A stretch of DNA of 64,000 bases from Gemmatales bacterium (GTDB lineage: Bacteria > Planctomycetota > Planctomycetia > Gemmatales > HRBIN36). Location of the stretch: the NCBI GenBank assembly GCA_025055835.1, contig JANWWR010000026.1:14220-78219 (forward strand), written 5' to 3'. Position 1 is the stretch's first letter. The number at the start of each line of letters is the position of its first letter. The notes below the pieces were generated by a model. That model saw nothing but the letters and a program-made list of their open reading frames with translations, did no database searches and was not told the DNA's origin. Made by a program: the position numbers and the translations under genes. Shown piece by piece: positions 1 through 8,280 of this stretch.

Positions 1-447
1 AGCGGGCTGGATCCCCGCGCCCGCATCGAGATGCGCGGCTTGCTCAAAGAGTTGCGGAACATGGGCAAGACCATCCTGGTCAGCAGCCACATCCTTCCCG
101 AATTAGCGGACATCTGCAATAAGATCGGCATCATTGAGCGCGGCGAACTGCTCTTCGACGGCGATGTTCGGGAAGCGATGGAGCGGGTCCGGCCTCATAC
201 GGTGATTCAGATCAAGGTCGCCGACCGCCTGGACGAAGCCATGCGGGTCATCGAGGTGCATCCCCACATCGCCAAGCTGGACACCAAGGATTCCATGATC
301 GTGGCCACCCTTGTTGAAGGCGTCACCGATCCCAGCTTCCTGGCCGACCTGCTCGTCCGCGAAGGCTTCAAGCTGACCATGCTCCGCGAGGAGGAGATCA
401 ACCTGGAAACGGCCTTCATGCGGCTGACCAAGGGCATCACGAACTGA
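1..447 (+). CDS. ABC transporter ATP-binding protein, C-terminal part (5' end outside window)
   Basis: Frame 1 is open from nt 1. SGLDPRARIEMRGLLKEL...GKTILVSSHILPELADICNKIGIIERGELLFDG shows the ABC D-loop (SGLDP) and switch His (SSH). Stop TGA at 445-447. Confidence 0.85.
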   Translation, partial: SGLDPRARIEMRGLLKELRNMGKTILVSSHILPELADICNKIGIIERGELLFDGDVREAMERVRPHTVIQIKVADRLDEAMRVIEVHPHIAKLDTKDSMIVATLVEGVTDPSFLADLLVREGFKLTMLREEEINLETAFMRLTKGITN

Positions 448-477
448 ATGTCGGCGTTTCGCGTCGGCAGCGGCTGG

Positions 478-1467
478 TCACTGCGACGGCGGCGGGGCGA
501 TCTCAATGCGGGCCGATTTCCGCAGGTGCGGCAGCAGGTCCCTCCGCAGCCAGTCCGAATAGGCCTGGCGGACAAACGGCTTGATGTCCTCGAAGCGAAC
601 TTCCGATCCCGGTTCTCTTCCCGTGCACAGGATCAGGTGGTAGCCGAACTCCGTTTCGACCGGCCCCGCCATTTCCCCGGGTTTCAGGGCAAAAGCGGCC
701 TGGGCGAACGGCTCAACCATGGCGCCGCGGCGAGGAAAAAGGCCGAGATCGCCGCCGTTCTTTTTCGACGGGCAGTCAGACTCCCGAGCGGCCTCGGCGA
801 ATACCTCATTAGCGATTTCCATCCGGGCCTCGGCTCGCTGCAAGGGATCAAGTCGTGGATTGAGCTTGGCCGTCCGCTCGGCGATGCGTTCTTCGATCTG
901 CTTTTTCAAGGCGGTGATCCTTGCCTGAGCGGCTTGGCGGGTGGCGGGATCCGCGTCTTTCGTGACGGCAATGAGGATGTGGCGAGCGCGGACCTGGGAA
1001 CCGTCGAACCAGTCCTTGCGGACCACGAAAAACTCACTCAACTGTTTGTCCGTGGCTTTGGACTCGAGGAACTTCTCCCAACGGATGCTGGCCGCCAATT
1101 GCCGTTGAAGTTCGTCCTCGGAGATCATCAGCGCCTTGAGAACGGTGGCGTAATCGGTGCCGCTTTTGGTGAATTCCTCCCTGAACTGCTTGAGACGGGC
1201 TTGCACTTCCTCGTCGGAAGCGTTGAACCCCTGCTGGATGACGTACTGGTCGAGAAGGACGAGGTCGATGAGGAAATCGACGATTTCCTTGCGGGCCTCA
1301 GCCCGCTTGTCGTCGGGAACCCGACGCAAAACCCGCTGCACGGCCACTTCGGGAATGGCTTGCCCGTTGACCGTGGCTGCCGGGCGGGATTCATCCGCTG
1401 CCTGGCCGTTCGTTCCTCCGACGGCCAGCCCCAGGACGGCGAAGGCGAAGAGGATCGGGTTTTTCAT
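478..1467 (-). CDS. Secreted parvulin-type peptidyl-prolyl cis-trans isomerase (SurA/PrsA-like)
   Basis: C-terminal PPIC motif GDLGLFPRRGAMVEPFAQAAFALKPGEMAGPVETEFGYHLI. Start placed at the internal ATG (1467) because AAGGAGG lies upstream and it yields signal peptide MKNPILFAFAVLGLAVGG. The ORF is open to 1527. Confidence 0.85.
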   Translation of the reverse strand: MKNPILFAFAVLGLAVGGTNGQAADESRPAATVNGQAIPEVAVQRVLRRVPDDKRAEARKEIVDFLIDLVLLDQYVIQQGFNASDEEVQARLKQFREEFTKSGTDYATVLKALMISEDELQRQLAASIRWEKFLESKATDKQLSEFFVVRKDWFDGSQVRARHILIAVTKDADPATRQAAQARITALKKQIEERIAERTAKLNPRLDPLQRAEARMEIANEVFAEAARESDCPSKKNGGDLGLFPRRGAMVEPFAQAAFALKPGEMAGPVETEFGYHLILCTGREPGSEVRFEDIKPFVRQAYSDWLRRDLLPHLRKSARIEIAPPPSQ

Positions 1468-1627
1468 GGCGATCAGCCCCTCCTTGGGCGGAAGCAGCGT
1501 CTTTTCTGGATCTTTCCGAACGGACAACTCCCGGCAAAAGCCGTTGCCCTTCGGAGGGCGGAATTGTACCGTGGAGCATCTCCCGCGCCGAGAGCAACAT
1601 GCCGGCGCATAAGCCGTGTCCAGGCTT

Positions 1628-1633
1628 TATAAT
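1628..1633 (+). promoter_or_regulatory. Candidate -10 box (TATAAT) for the transglutaminase-like gene
   Basis: Exact TATAAT lies 26 nt upstream of ATG 1659, in the divergent intergenic region, followed by GGAGAG SD-like sequence. The -35 is weak. TATAAT also occurs by chance a few times in 64 kb. Confidence 0.25.
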
Positions 1634-1658
1634 CGGGTGAAGACCCGGAGAGACGATC

Positions 1659-3188
1659 ATGCCCCGACTTCGTGCAATCCTTTGGCTGGTGCTGTTAGCG
1701 GTTCCCCACGCGGCGGTTGCTCAGGAAAAAGCGGACAAGGTGCTCCGCGAAGCCTGGTACGTTACCCGGACCGAGACCGGCAAACTCGGCTATTCGCATT
1801 TGCTGGCCCGGGAAGTCCAGCGGAACGGTCAGACGCTGATTCATACCATTCTGGATGATTCGGTCAGCTACCTTCGCAGCGGCGACCCGTTCCACGACAG
1901 TTCGCATGAGGAAACCTGGGAAACGTTGGATGGCCGGGTCGTCGAGCTTCTGTACACGCTGACGCTCAGCAAGAAGCAGAAGCTGCGATTACATGGCAAG
2001 GTCCGGGGCAAGGAACTGCACCTGTGCGTGCTCGACGATCAGGGTCAGCCAACGGATTTTCGGCAGATCATTCCCTGGGAACCGGCGACCATCGGTTTGT
2101 ACGCCCAGGAGACCTATTTCGAGAGGAATCGCCCGAAGCCTGGCGAGAGCTACGTCTTGCTGCAATTCACCACGTCGGTCAACCGTGTCCTGCCGGTGAC
2201 GTACCACGTGAAGGATTGGGAAAAAACCTCAGCACCGGGCGGTGTGCAGGAATTGCTCCGGGTGGAAATCAGCTATCCGAAGTCGTCCTACCTGACGCCG
2301 CACACCGCTTGGCTGGATGCCAGTGGGCGGATTGTCAAATTGCAGGAAGAAGACAGCACGATGTTCGGGCTGATGACCCGGGAACTTTCCGAGCAGGAAA
2401 CCGCGGCGGCTCCGTTCGAGCCGACGGTACGGGACAAGGACGCTCCGGTCACCGTGGACAAGCCGATTCGGGTGAGGTGGGGTCGGCCGTTGCAACTGCG
2501 GCTCCGAGTGGCACGGGAAGGCGACGATGATCCCGGCACGCTGTTCGCTCAGGATGGTCGCCAGCGGATTCTCGCCGCCGACAATCAGGCCGTTGAACTC
2601 CTGCTGCGTCCTCGTCCCCCGAGACTGCCCGAGGTCGTGCGAGAGTTCTTTGTCGGTCGGAATCCTCGGGTCGGCAGCGAGTACCTGGAAAGCAATTTCT
2701 TCATCCGGTCCGATGATCCGCTGGTGAAGCAATATGCCCAGGAAGCCTTGGGCGAGGACGGAAAAGACAGATCGGCGATGGAACAGGCTCGGCGGATCAA
2801 GGCGTGGGTACGGCGGAAGGTAAAACCGAACTATGAAATCGCCTTTGCCACCGCAGACGAGGTGGCTCGCTGTCCTGAGGGGGATTGCAGTGAGATGGGG
2901 ATGCTGGCGGCGGCGATGGCCCGGTCGGTCGGCATCCCGTCCCGCGTCGTGTTGGGACTTGTGTATGACTGGGATAATCACGGTTTTGGGGGGCACCTGT
3001 GGACCGAGATGTTCGTGGATGGGCAATGGCAGACCATTGACCCGACCGGCGTCATCGACATGCTGGGTGCTGCCTACATCAAGATTGCCGCGTACAGTCT
3101 CAAGGATGTGCTGAACCCGGATGAACTGGTGGAAATCCGCCGGGCGTTTAGCGGCCCCATGCGGGTCGAGGTGCTGGAATCGCGGTGA
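1659..3188 (+). CDS. Secreted transglutaminase-like cysteine protease-fold protein
   Basis: Signal peptide MPRLRAILWLVLLAVPHAAVA. C-terminal transglutaminase core has Cys (PEGDCSEMGMLAAAMARSVGIP), His (GGHLWTEMF) and Asp (TIDPT). Confidence 0.8.
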   Translation: MPRLRAILWLVLLAVPHAAVAQEKADKVLREAWYVTRTETGKLGYSHLLAREVQRNGQTLIHTILDDSVSYLRSGDPFHDSSHEETWETLDGRVVELLYTLTLSKKQKLRLHGKVRGKELHLCVLDDQGQPTDFRQIIPWEPATIGLYAQETYFERNRPKPGESYVLLQFTTSVNRVLPVTYHVKDWEKTSAPGGVQELLRVEISYPKSSYLTPHTAWLDASGRIVKLQEEDSTMFGLMTRELSEQETAAAPFEPTVRDKDAPVTVDKPIRVRWGRPLQLRLRVAREGDDDPGTLFAQDGRQRILAADNQAVELLLRPRPPRLPEVVREFFVGRNPRVGSEYLESNFFIRSDDPLVKQYAQEALGEDGKDRSAMEQARRIKAWVRRKVKPNYEIAFATADEVARCPEGDCSEMGMLAAAMARSVGIPSRVVLGLVYDWDNHGFGGHLWTEMFVDGQWQTIDPTGVIDMLGAAYIKIAAYSLKDVLNPDELVEIRRAFSGPMRVEVLESR

Positions 3189-3209
3189 CAGGATTCTGGC
3201 ACGATGCGG

Positions 3210-3302
3210 GCGAGCGGGCCGCAATCTTTTCGGGAGGCGAGCGGACCGCAATACTCAAACCGGCGAGCGGGCCGCGATCTTTTCGGGAGGCGAGCGGGCC
3301 GC
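3210..3302. repeat. Four direct copies of GCGAGCGGRCCGC at 26-27 nt spacing (two ~53-nt tandem units)
   Basis: Box copies at 3210-3222, 3237-3249, 3263-3275 and 3290-3302. The 27-mers at 3210-3236 and 3263-3289 differ at one position. Confidence 0.85.
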
Positions 3303-3320
3303 GTTAGCGGCCCGGTTTCG
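3295..3320 (+). terminator. Hairpin CGGGCCGC-GTTA-GCGGCCCG followed by GTTTCGG; possible terminator of the transglutaminase-like gene
   Basis: Perfect 8-bp GC stem (3295-3302 / 3307-3314) with a 4-nt loop, then a short and weak T tract. It overlaps the last repeat box. Confidence 0.35.
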
Positions 3321-3330
3321 GAGAACACTC

Positions 3331-3957
3331 ATGCGAACTCTGCTCCTGTCGCTCTCTCTTGGACTCGTCGGCCTGACGGCAGCGTCTGCCGCCCAGGACG
3401 ACGCCCGAGCCGCTGCCCTGGCTGCCTTCAAGACCGCCGTGGAAAGCGGGTCCGTCAAAGACTTGGCCCCCCACGTCGCCGGCAAGCCGGGACAGGTGCT
3501 GCGCCGTCTCGCCGAACCCTACGCCAAGGCCAGGACAGCCGCCGAGCGTTTCGAAACCGCACTGGCAGAGAAGAACATCGCCTTGGAGAATCCCTTCGCC
3601 GCCTCCGTCCGACCGCTGGCGGATCTTCAGGTGGATGTGCTGGAAATCACCAAGGACAAGGACCGTCATCTCGTCCGGGTCCGCTTCGGACCGCGCGGCC
3701 GAACCAATGAGGAGGTGCTGGGCTTGGTCGAGGAGGAAGGGGCTTGGCGGGTGACGCTGCCGGCTGCGCTGGCCAAAGACCTCGAACCCGCGTTGCGGGA
3801 CAACGCCGCCGACCAGCGCGCCAGACAACTCGAAACCTTGAGCGAGATCCTCGACCAGTTGGCCCGTGACGTATCCAACGCTTCCCTGAAGACCCGGGAC
3901 GACGTCTTGCTCCGTCTGCTGTTGCTGTCCCGGGAAAAAAACCTTATTCGTCCGTAA
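3331..3957 (+). CDS. Hypothetical secreted protein
   Basis: Internal ATG at 3331 gives a clean signal peptide, MRTLLLSLSLGLVGLTAASAAQDD. The upstream part of the ORF (from 3121) only translates the repeat array. No motif recognised. Confidence 0.6.
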   Translation: MRTLLLSLSLGLVGLTAASAAQDDARAAALAAFKTAVESGSVKDLAPHVAGKPGQVLRRLAEPYAKARTAAERFETALAEKNIALENPFAASVRPLADLQVDVLEITKDKDRHLVRVRFGPRGRTNEEVLGLVEEEGAWRVTLPAALAKDLEPALRDNAADQRARQLETLSEILDQLARDVSNASLKTRDDVLLRLLLLSREKNLIRP

Positions 3958-3987
3958 TCGGGTTTTATTCCAGGCAGGGATGCCGCC

Positions 3988-5733
3988 ATGTTCTCTTCTC
4001 GAATCTTCGCCTCCGCCCTTCTCATCGCAGCGGGACTCGCGCTTTTCCTGCCCGGGTTGGGGTCCTGTCCGTTGTGGGACGTAGACGAGGCACACAATGC
4101 CGAATGTGCCCGGGAGATGTATGACTCCGGCAATTGGGTCGTGCCCACGTTCAATTTCGTTCTGCGGACGGACAAACCGGCTTTGCTCTATTGGGTGATG
4201 ATGAGTTGGTACGGTCTGCTGGGGGTGACGGAGTTCGCCGCCCGGTTCGGATCGGTGCTCAGTGGTCTCGGCACCATGCTGGCGACTTGCGAACTCGGTC
4301 GCAGGATGTTTGACCCCAAGACGGGGCTGCTGGCTGGCATCGTGCTTGGTTCCTGCGTCATGTTCATGGTCTCGTCGCGGGCAGCGACGCCGGATGCTCT
4401 GCTGATCCTCGGGGTGACCGTGACGATGCTGGTTTTCTGGATGAGCTACTCCTCGGGAAGCCGATGGTGGTTCCTTGGATGCGGAGCGAGCATGGCCCTG
4501 GCGGTTTTAGCCAAGGGGGCTGTTGGATTGGTGCTGCCGATCCTCATCATGGCCGGGTTTTTGCTGTGGGAACGACGGCTCCGACTGCTCTGGGATCGAC
4601 GACTGCTGTGGGGCGCGGTCCTGTTCGCGCTGCTCGCCGTGCCGTGGTACGTCGCCGTCGGCGTGGAAACTAAAGGGGCGTTCATCCGCGGGTTTTTCCT
4701 CAAGCATCATCTGGAGCGATTTCAGCAGCCGATGGAAGGCCACGCCGGATCGGTGCTGTTTCATCCGTTGGTCTTCCTCGTCACGTTTGCTCCATGGTCG
4801 GCGTTTCTCGGACTGACCATCTGGTCTGCCACGGGACGGCGGATGTCGGAGGTCTCGGCGGATTCTCTGTCCTCAGCGAACACGGACAAGCCCGGGACGT
4901 CGGTTGCGGCCTATCGCGTCTTGTGGTGCTGGATCGGCGTCTGGTTCGTGTTCTTTTCGCTGGCGGGAACGAAGCTACCCAATTACACGCTGCCGGCCTT
5001 CCCGGCCTTTGCCATTCTGACAGCCCGGTTTCTGACCCGCTGGGCGGATGGGCAAATGAAGCTGCCCCGCATCTGGATGATCCTCGGCTTCAGCATCTGT
5101 TCCCTCATCGGGGTCAGCGTGGCCGGGGCGATGATTGTCGCTTCCGGAGTGGTGCCACAAATCCTCGAAGAAGGTCGCAGTTTTCCTGAACTTCTCTGGT
5201 TGGCACCCTGGGGTCTGATTCTGGCGGTTACTGCGATGGTAGCGGTCTTGCTCAGCAGTCGGGAATTACGTTGGCCGGCGGTCGTGGCTGTTTGTCTCGG
5301 AGCCGTGATGACACTCGGCGGTCTGGCGGCCTGGGGTCCGCAGCGAGTGGCACGCCATCGGGCACCGTTTGACCTGGCCCAGGCGATGCTCCATCATCAG
5401 GCGGAACGCGAAGTGGAGATTGCGTGCCTCGGTTTTTACCAACCGAGCTTGGTGTGGTACACGCAACGGGAAGTGAAGCGACTGGACGAACCGAGAGCGG
5501 CCATCGACCATTTGCACAGCGTCAAGCAGACCTACCTGGTGACGCCCAGACGCCTCTGGGAACAACTTGCAGGCAGAGTCAAGACACCCACAGCTATCGT
5601 GGGTGCCGCCTGGGATTTCATGGCCAATGAGGAAATCGTCTTGATTACCAACCGTCCGCTCCGGGACTCGCATGAGCCGGACCGGAGCTTGCGGGGGACT
5701 TCCTTGGCAGACTCGAACGAGCCGCTCAGATGA
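3988..5733 (+). CDS. Glycosyltransferase family 39 (ArnT / PMT-like polyprenyl-phosphate-sugar transferase), polytopic membrane protein
   Basis: N-terminal signature PLWDVDEAHNAECAREMYDSGNWVVPTFNFVLRTDKPALLYWVMM, followed by more than 10 hydrophobic segments. Confidence 0.85.
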   Translation: MFSSRIFASALLIAAGLALFLPGLGSCPLWDVDEAHNAECAREMYDSGNWVVPTFNFVLRTDKPALLYWVMMSWYGLLGVTEFAARFGSVLSGLGTMLATCELGRRMFDPKTGLLAGIVLGSCVMFMVSSRAATPDALLILGVTVTMLVFWMSYSSGSRWWFLGCGASMALAVLAKGAVGLVLPILIMAGFLLWERRLRLLWDRRLLWGAVLFALLAVPWYVAVGVETKGAFIRGFFLKHHLERFQQPMEGHAGSVLFHPLVFLVTFAPWSAFLGLTIWSATGRRMSEVSADSLSSANTDKPGTSVAAYRVLWCWIGVWFVFFSLAGTKLPNYTLPAFPAFAILTARFLTRWADGQMKLPRIWMILGFSICSLIGVSVAGAMIVASGVVPQILEEGRSFPELLWLAPWGLILAVTAMVAVLLSSRELRWPAVVAVCLGAVMTLGGLAAWGPQRVARHRAPFDLAQAMLHHQAEREVEIACLGFYQPSLVWYTQREVKRLDEPRAAIDHLHSVKQTYLVTPRRLWEQLAGRVKTPTAIVGAAWDFMANEEIVLITNRPLRDSHEPDRSLRGTSLADSNEPLR

Positions 5734-6016
5734 CCTCGATCTCGTTGGCCCGGATGGGCAGTTCCGAGAACTCCTGGGCGTGATGCTGGGCGAGTTGCTT
5801 GGCGTAGTAGCTGTGGGACCGGCCGCGGAGAATCAGCCCGCCTTCCACGCAGAGAATGCGTAGGTCCTGGACGCGACCGCCGAGGCAGGATTGAACCCGC
5901 ATCTCGATTTCGTCGAGGAATTCCCTGTTCGGCGCTTGAACTGCGGGACCGTGACCCGTTGCCGTCTTGCTTCCTTCCTTGAAAGTTGCTGACGCCATCG
6001 TTCCGCTCTCCGTCAA
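5726..6016 (-). CDS. Small BON-like domain protein
   Basis: RVQDLRILCVEGGLILRGRSHSYYAKQLAQHHAQEFSELPIRANEIEV fits the BON pattern (V.V..G.v.L.G.v.s...k..A......g...v.N.i.V). It lies 40 nt downstream of usp on the same strand. Its 3' end overlaps the GT39 stop by 8 nt. Confidence 0.5.
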   Translation of the reverse strand: MTESGTMASATFKEGSKTATGHGPAVQAPNREFLDEIEMRVQSCLGGRVQDLRILCVEGGLILRGRSHSYYAKQLAQHHAQEFSELPIRANEIEVI

Positions 6017-6056
6017 CCACCGTGCGAACCAGGCACCGAACAGACGAATCCATCCG

Positions 6057-6518
6057 CTACGCCGGGGAAGTCGCCGGCGTGCCGGAACCCTTAACTAAAA
6101 GCACCGGGCATTTGGCCCGACGCAGGACATGCTCCGCCACGCTGCCCATGAGGAGCCGGCCTAGACCGGTCCTTCCGTGCGTACCCATGACGATTAGGTC
6201 GGCGTGGCACTGGTCGGCGTGTTCGAGAATCTCCTCGGCAGCATTGCCATAGTCCACGCGCAGTTCGACGGCCTCTCCGATCACCGGCTTGACGAACTCG
6301 CGCAACTGACCTTTGAGGCTGTCCGGATCAGGTTCCTCGCTGCCCAGGGCCGGGGCGGCCATGACGCCGTCGGTGACCATCAAGGCAGGGGCTCCCACGA
6401 ACAAGACGATCAATCGGCCATCGCTCAGCCGGGCCAAGGCATGGGCCAGTCGCAGGGCCTGCCGCGACGTTTCGGAGAAGTCCACCGGGCACAGAACCGT
6501 TTTGAAGTGCAACTCCAT
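6057..6518 (-). CDS. Universal stress protein (UspA family)
   Basis: LIVMGTHGRTGLGRLLMGSVAEHVLRRAKCPVLLVK is the Usp ATP-binding G-x2-G-x9-G(S/T) motif. Length is a typical 153 aa. Confidence 0.9.
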   Translation of the reverse strand: MELHFKTVLCPVDFSETSRQALRLAHALARLSDGRLIVLFVGAPALMVTDGVMAAPALGSEEPDPDSLKGQLREFVKPVIGEAVELRVDYGNAAEEILEHADQCHADLIVMGTHGRTGLGRLLMGSVAEHVLRRAKCPVLLVKGSGTPATSPA

Positions 6519-6849
6519 CGCCTCTCCGTGTCATCTGGCCGACTGGGGCAAAACAAAACCCCGCCGACGCTTCACCGCCGCGGGGTTGTCGTGACCACTC
6601 CGTGTCCATGCACCGAGACCATGCGTGCCTCCTTTCTAAGGGACATGCTACCGCAGCCCAAAACAGCCGTCAATGACCCGACACACGAAGAAACCAGCCC
6701 GTAGCTCCGAGCAATCGCTTGAAAAGGCAGGTGCCATCGGGCAGGGCGAAGTGGACGATCCGCGATCCCGGTTGCTAAAGTGGCAGCGTGCTTTGCCGGG
6801 ATCGACCCGAGATCACCCGGCATCCACGGACCCTGGGAGGTACACCGTT

Positions 6850-7263
6850 ATGAACCGCAGGAATTGGGGAATCGCGGCTTTGGTGGTTGCCGTCGGAGCC
6901 TTGGCCTGGTTTGCCGGTCGAAGCGTCGGCTATTCCGCTGCCGCGCCGGAGCCGATGGTCGTCCACAACGTCTATTTCTCGCTCAAGGACAACTCGCCGG
7001 AAGCCAAGAAGAAACTCGTGGACGCCTGCCGGAAGTATCTGACTGACCATCCCGGCACGGTTTTCTTCGCCGCCGGGGTGTTGAGCGAGGAACTCAACCG
7101 CCCCGTCAACGATCGTGATTTCGACGTCGGCCTGCACATCGTCTTCAAGAACAAGGCCGCCCACGATAAGTACCAGGACGACCCCCGCCACATCAAATTC
7201 ATCGAAGAGATGAAGGACAACTGGAAGAAGGTCCGGGTCTTTGATTCCGATTGCCTGCCATAA
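6850..7263 (+). CDS. Dabb (stress-responsive A/B-barrel) domain protein with N-terminal membrane anchor or signal
   Basis: VVHNVYFSLKDNSPEAKKKLVDACRKYL...LHIVFKNKAAHDKYQDDPRHIKFIEE. Start placed at ATG 6850 (MNRRNWGIAALVVAVGALAWFAG). The ORF is open from 6673. Confidence 0.8.
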   Translation: MNRRNWGIAALVVAVGALAWFAGRSVGYSAAAPEPMVVHNVYFSLKDNSPEAKKKLVDACRKYLTDHPGTVFFAAGVLSEELNRPVNDRDFDVGLHIVFKNKAAHDKYQDDPRHIKFIEEMKDNWKKVRVFDSDCLP

Positions 7264-7318
7264 GGCGACCGCGGCTCGAGGGAGATAACCGGGGAATCAA
7301 AAGCATCGGGAGGAAAGC

Positions 7319-7465
7319 ATGGGAGCGAATCCCAGCGGAAAGCGGCACATTGATCGGCTGAAGCGTCGGCGTCGGGAGGAGAAGCGGCTGTTGGCCAAGC
7401 TGGCTGCCCAGCAAGGATCGGAAACCTGCCCGAGCAAACAGAAACCGGATAAGCCTCAGTCCTAG
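7319..7465 (+). CDS. Candidate 48-aa highly basic small protein (below the ORF-track cutoff)
   Basis: ATG 7319 is preceded by GGGAGGAAAGC. Translation is MGANPSGKRHIDRLKRRRREEKRLLAKLAAQQGSETCPSKQKPDKPQS*, and third codon positions are GC-rich like neighbouring genes. Confidence 0.35.
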   Translation: MGANPSGKRHIDRLKRRRREEKRLLAKLAAQQGSETCPSKQKPDKPQS

Positions 7466-7551
7466 TCGCTCTACCTGGTAGCAGTGGCGTCGCCGCTTCG
7501 TTACACTGACGGCGGTTCGCCTGGGTTCTACTTCACCGAGGGAGGTGCAAC

Positions 7552-8217
7552 ATGCGCAGGGGAGTTGCGGTAGCAGGTGTGGCCGTCCTGGCCGTGACGT
7601 TTCTTCTCTCCGCTTCCGCAGAGGAGAAGAAGACCATCCAGCTGTTCAACGGCAAGGACTTCACGGGCTGGAAGAAGTACCTGGCTCCCAATTCCGGGGC
7701 CGATCCGGAAAAGATCTGGACGGTCAAGGATGGAATCATCATCTGCGAAGGTTCCGTGCCCGGATACATCATCACGGAAAAAGAGTACGAGAACTATGAA
7801 CTGAAGCTCCAATGGCGGTGGGGCGAAAAGGTTGCCACGGGGCGCAACAGTGGCGTGTTCGTTCACGTCGTCGGGCCGGACAAGATCTGGCCCAAGGGCG
7901 TCGAGGCCCAGCTCATGCACGGACGGGCCGGGGACTTTTGGCTCGTGGATGGTTTCAAGCTCGATGTGCCCAAAGAACAGCAGGACCCCCGCGTCTCCCG
8001 CCACTACTTCCGGCTGAAGGACAATGTCGAGAAGCCGCTCGGCGAGTGGAACCAGTACGTCATCCGTTGCACGAAGGACGGCACGGTGAAGCTCTGGGTC
8101 AACGGCGAGTTCGTCAACGAGGGCAAGAACGCCGAGGTGGCCAAGGGTAAGATTCTCTTGCAATCCGAAGGAGCGGAAATCCACTTCCGCAACATCGAAC
8201 TGACGCCGTTGGATTGA
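7552..8217 (+). CDS. Secreted DUF1080 / 3-keto-disaccharide hydrolase-like (concanavalin-like) domain protein
   Basis: Signal peptide, then FNGKDFTGWKKY...WTVKDGIIICEG..GYIITEKEYENYELKLQWRW..NSGVFVH..LQSEGAEIHFRNIEL. GGGAGG SD lies before the ATG. Confidence 0.85.
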   Translation: MRRGVAVAGVAVLAVTFLLSASAEEKKTIQLFNGKDFTGWKKYLAPNSGADPEKIWTVKDGIIICEGSVPGYIITEKEYENYELKLQWRWGEKVATGRNSGVFVHVVGPDKIWPKGVEAQLMHGRAGDFWLVDGFKLDVPKEQQDPRVSRHYFRLKDNVEKPLGEWNQYVIRCTKDGTVKLWVNGEFVNEGKNAEVAKGKILLQSEGAEIHFRNIELTPLD

Positions 8218-8280
8218 TGCTCGTCTTTCGGCGTCGAAAATCAGGGGGCATGAAAACGCGGGGAGGGGCAGGCCGAAAAC

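Noticed and set aside
3208-3320. CRISPR-like array
   Set aside because: There are only four 13-nt boxes with 13-14 nt between them, far below CRISPR repeat and spacer sizes. The 'spacers' are themselves duplicated, and no cas genes are in the window.
6556-6590. Hairpin AACCCCGC-N-GCGGGGTT upstream of usp
   Set aside because: It is a perfect 8-bp stem, but it lies 5' of the minus-strand usp start and no plus-strand gene ends there. It could be a leader structure or chance in GC-rich DNA. There is not enough support for a feature call.
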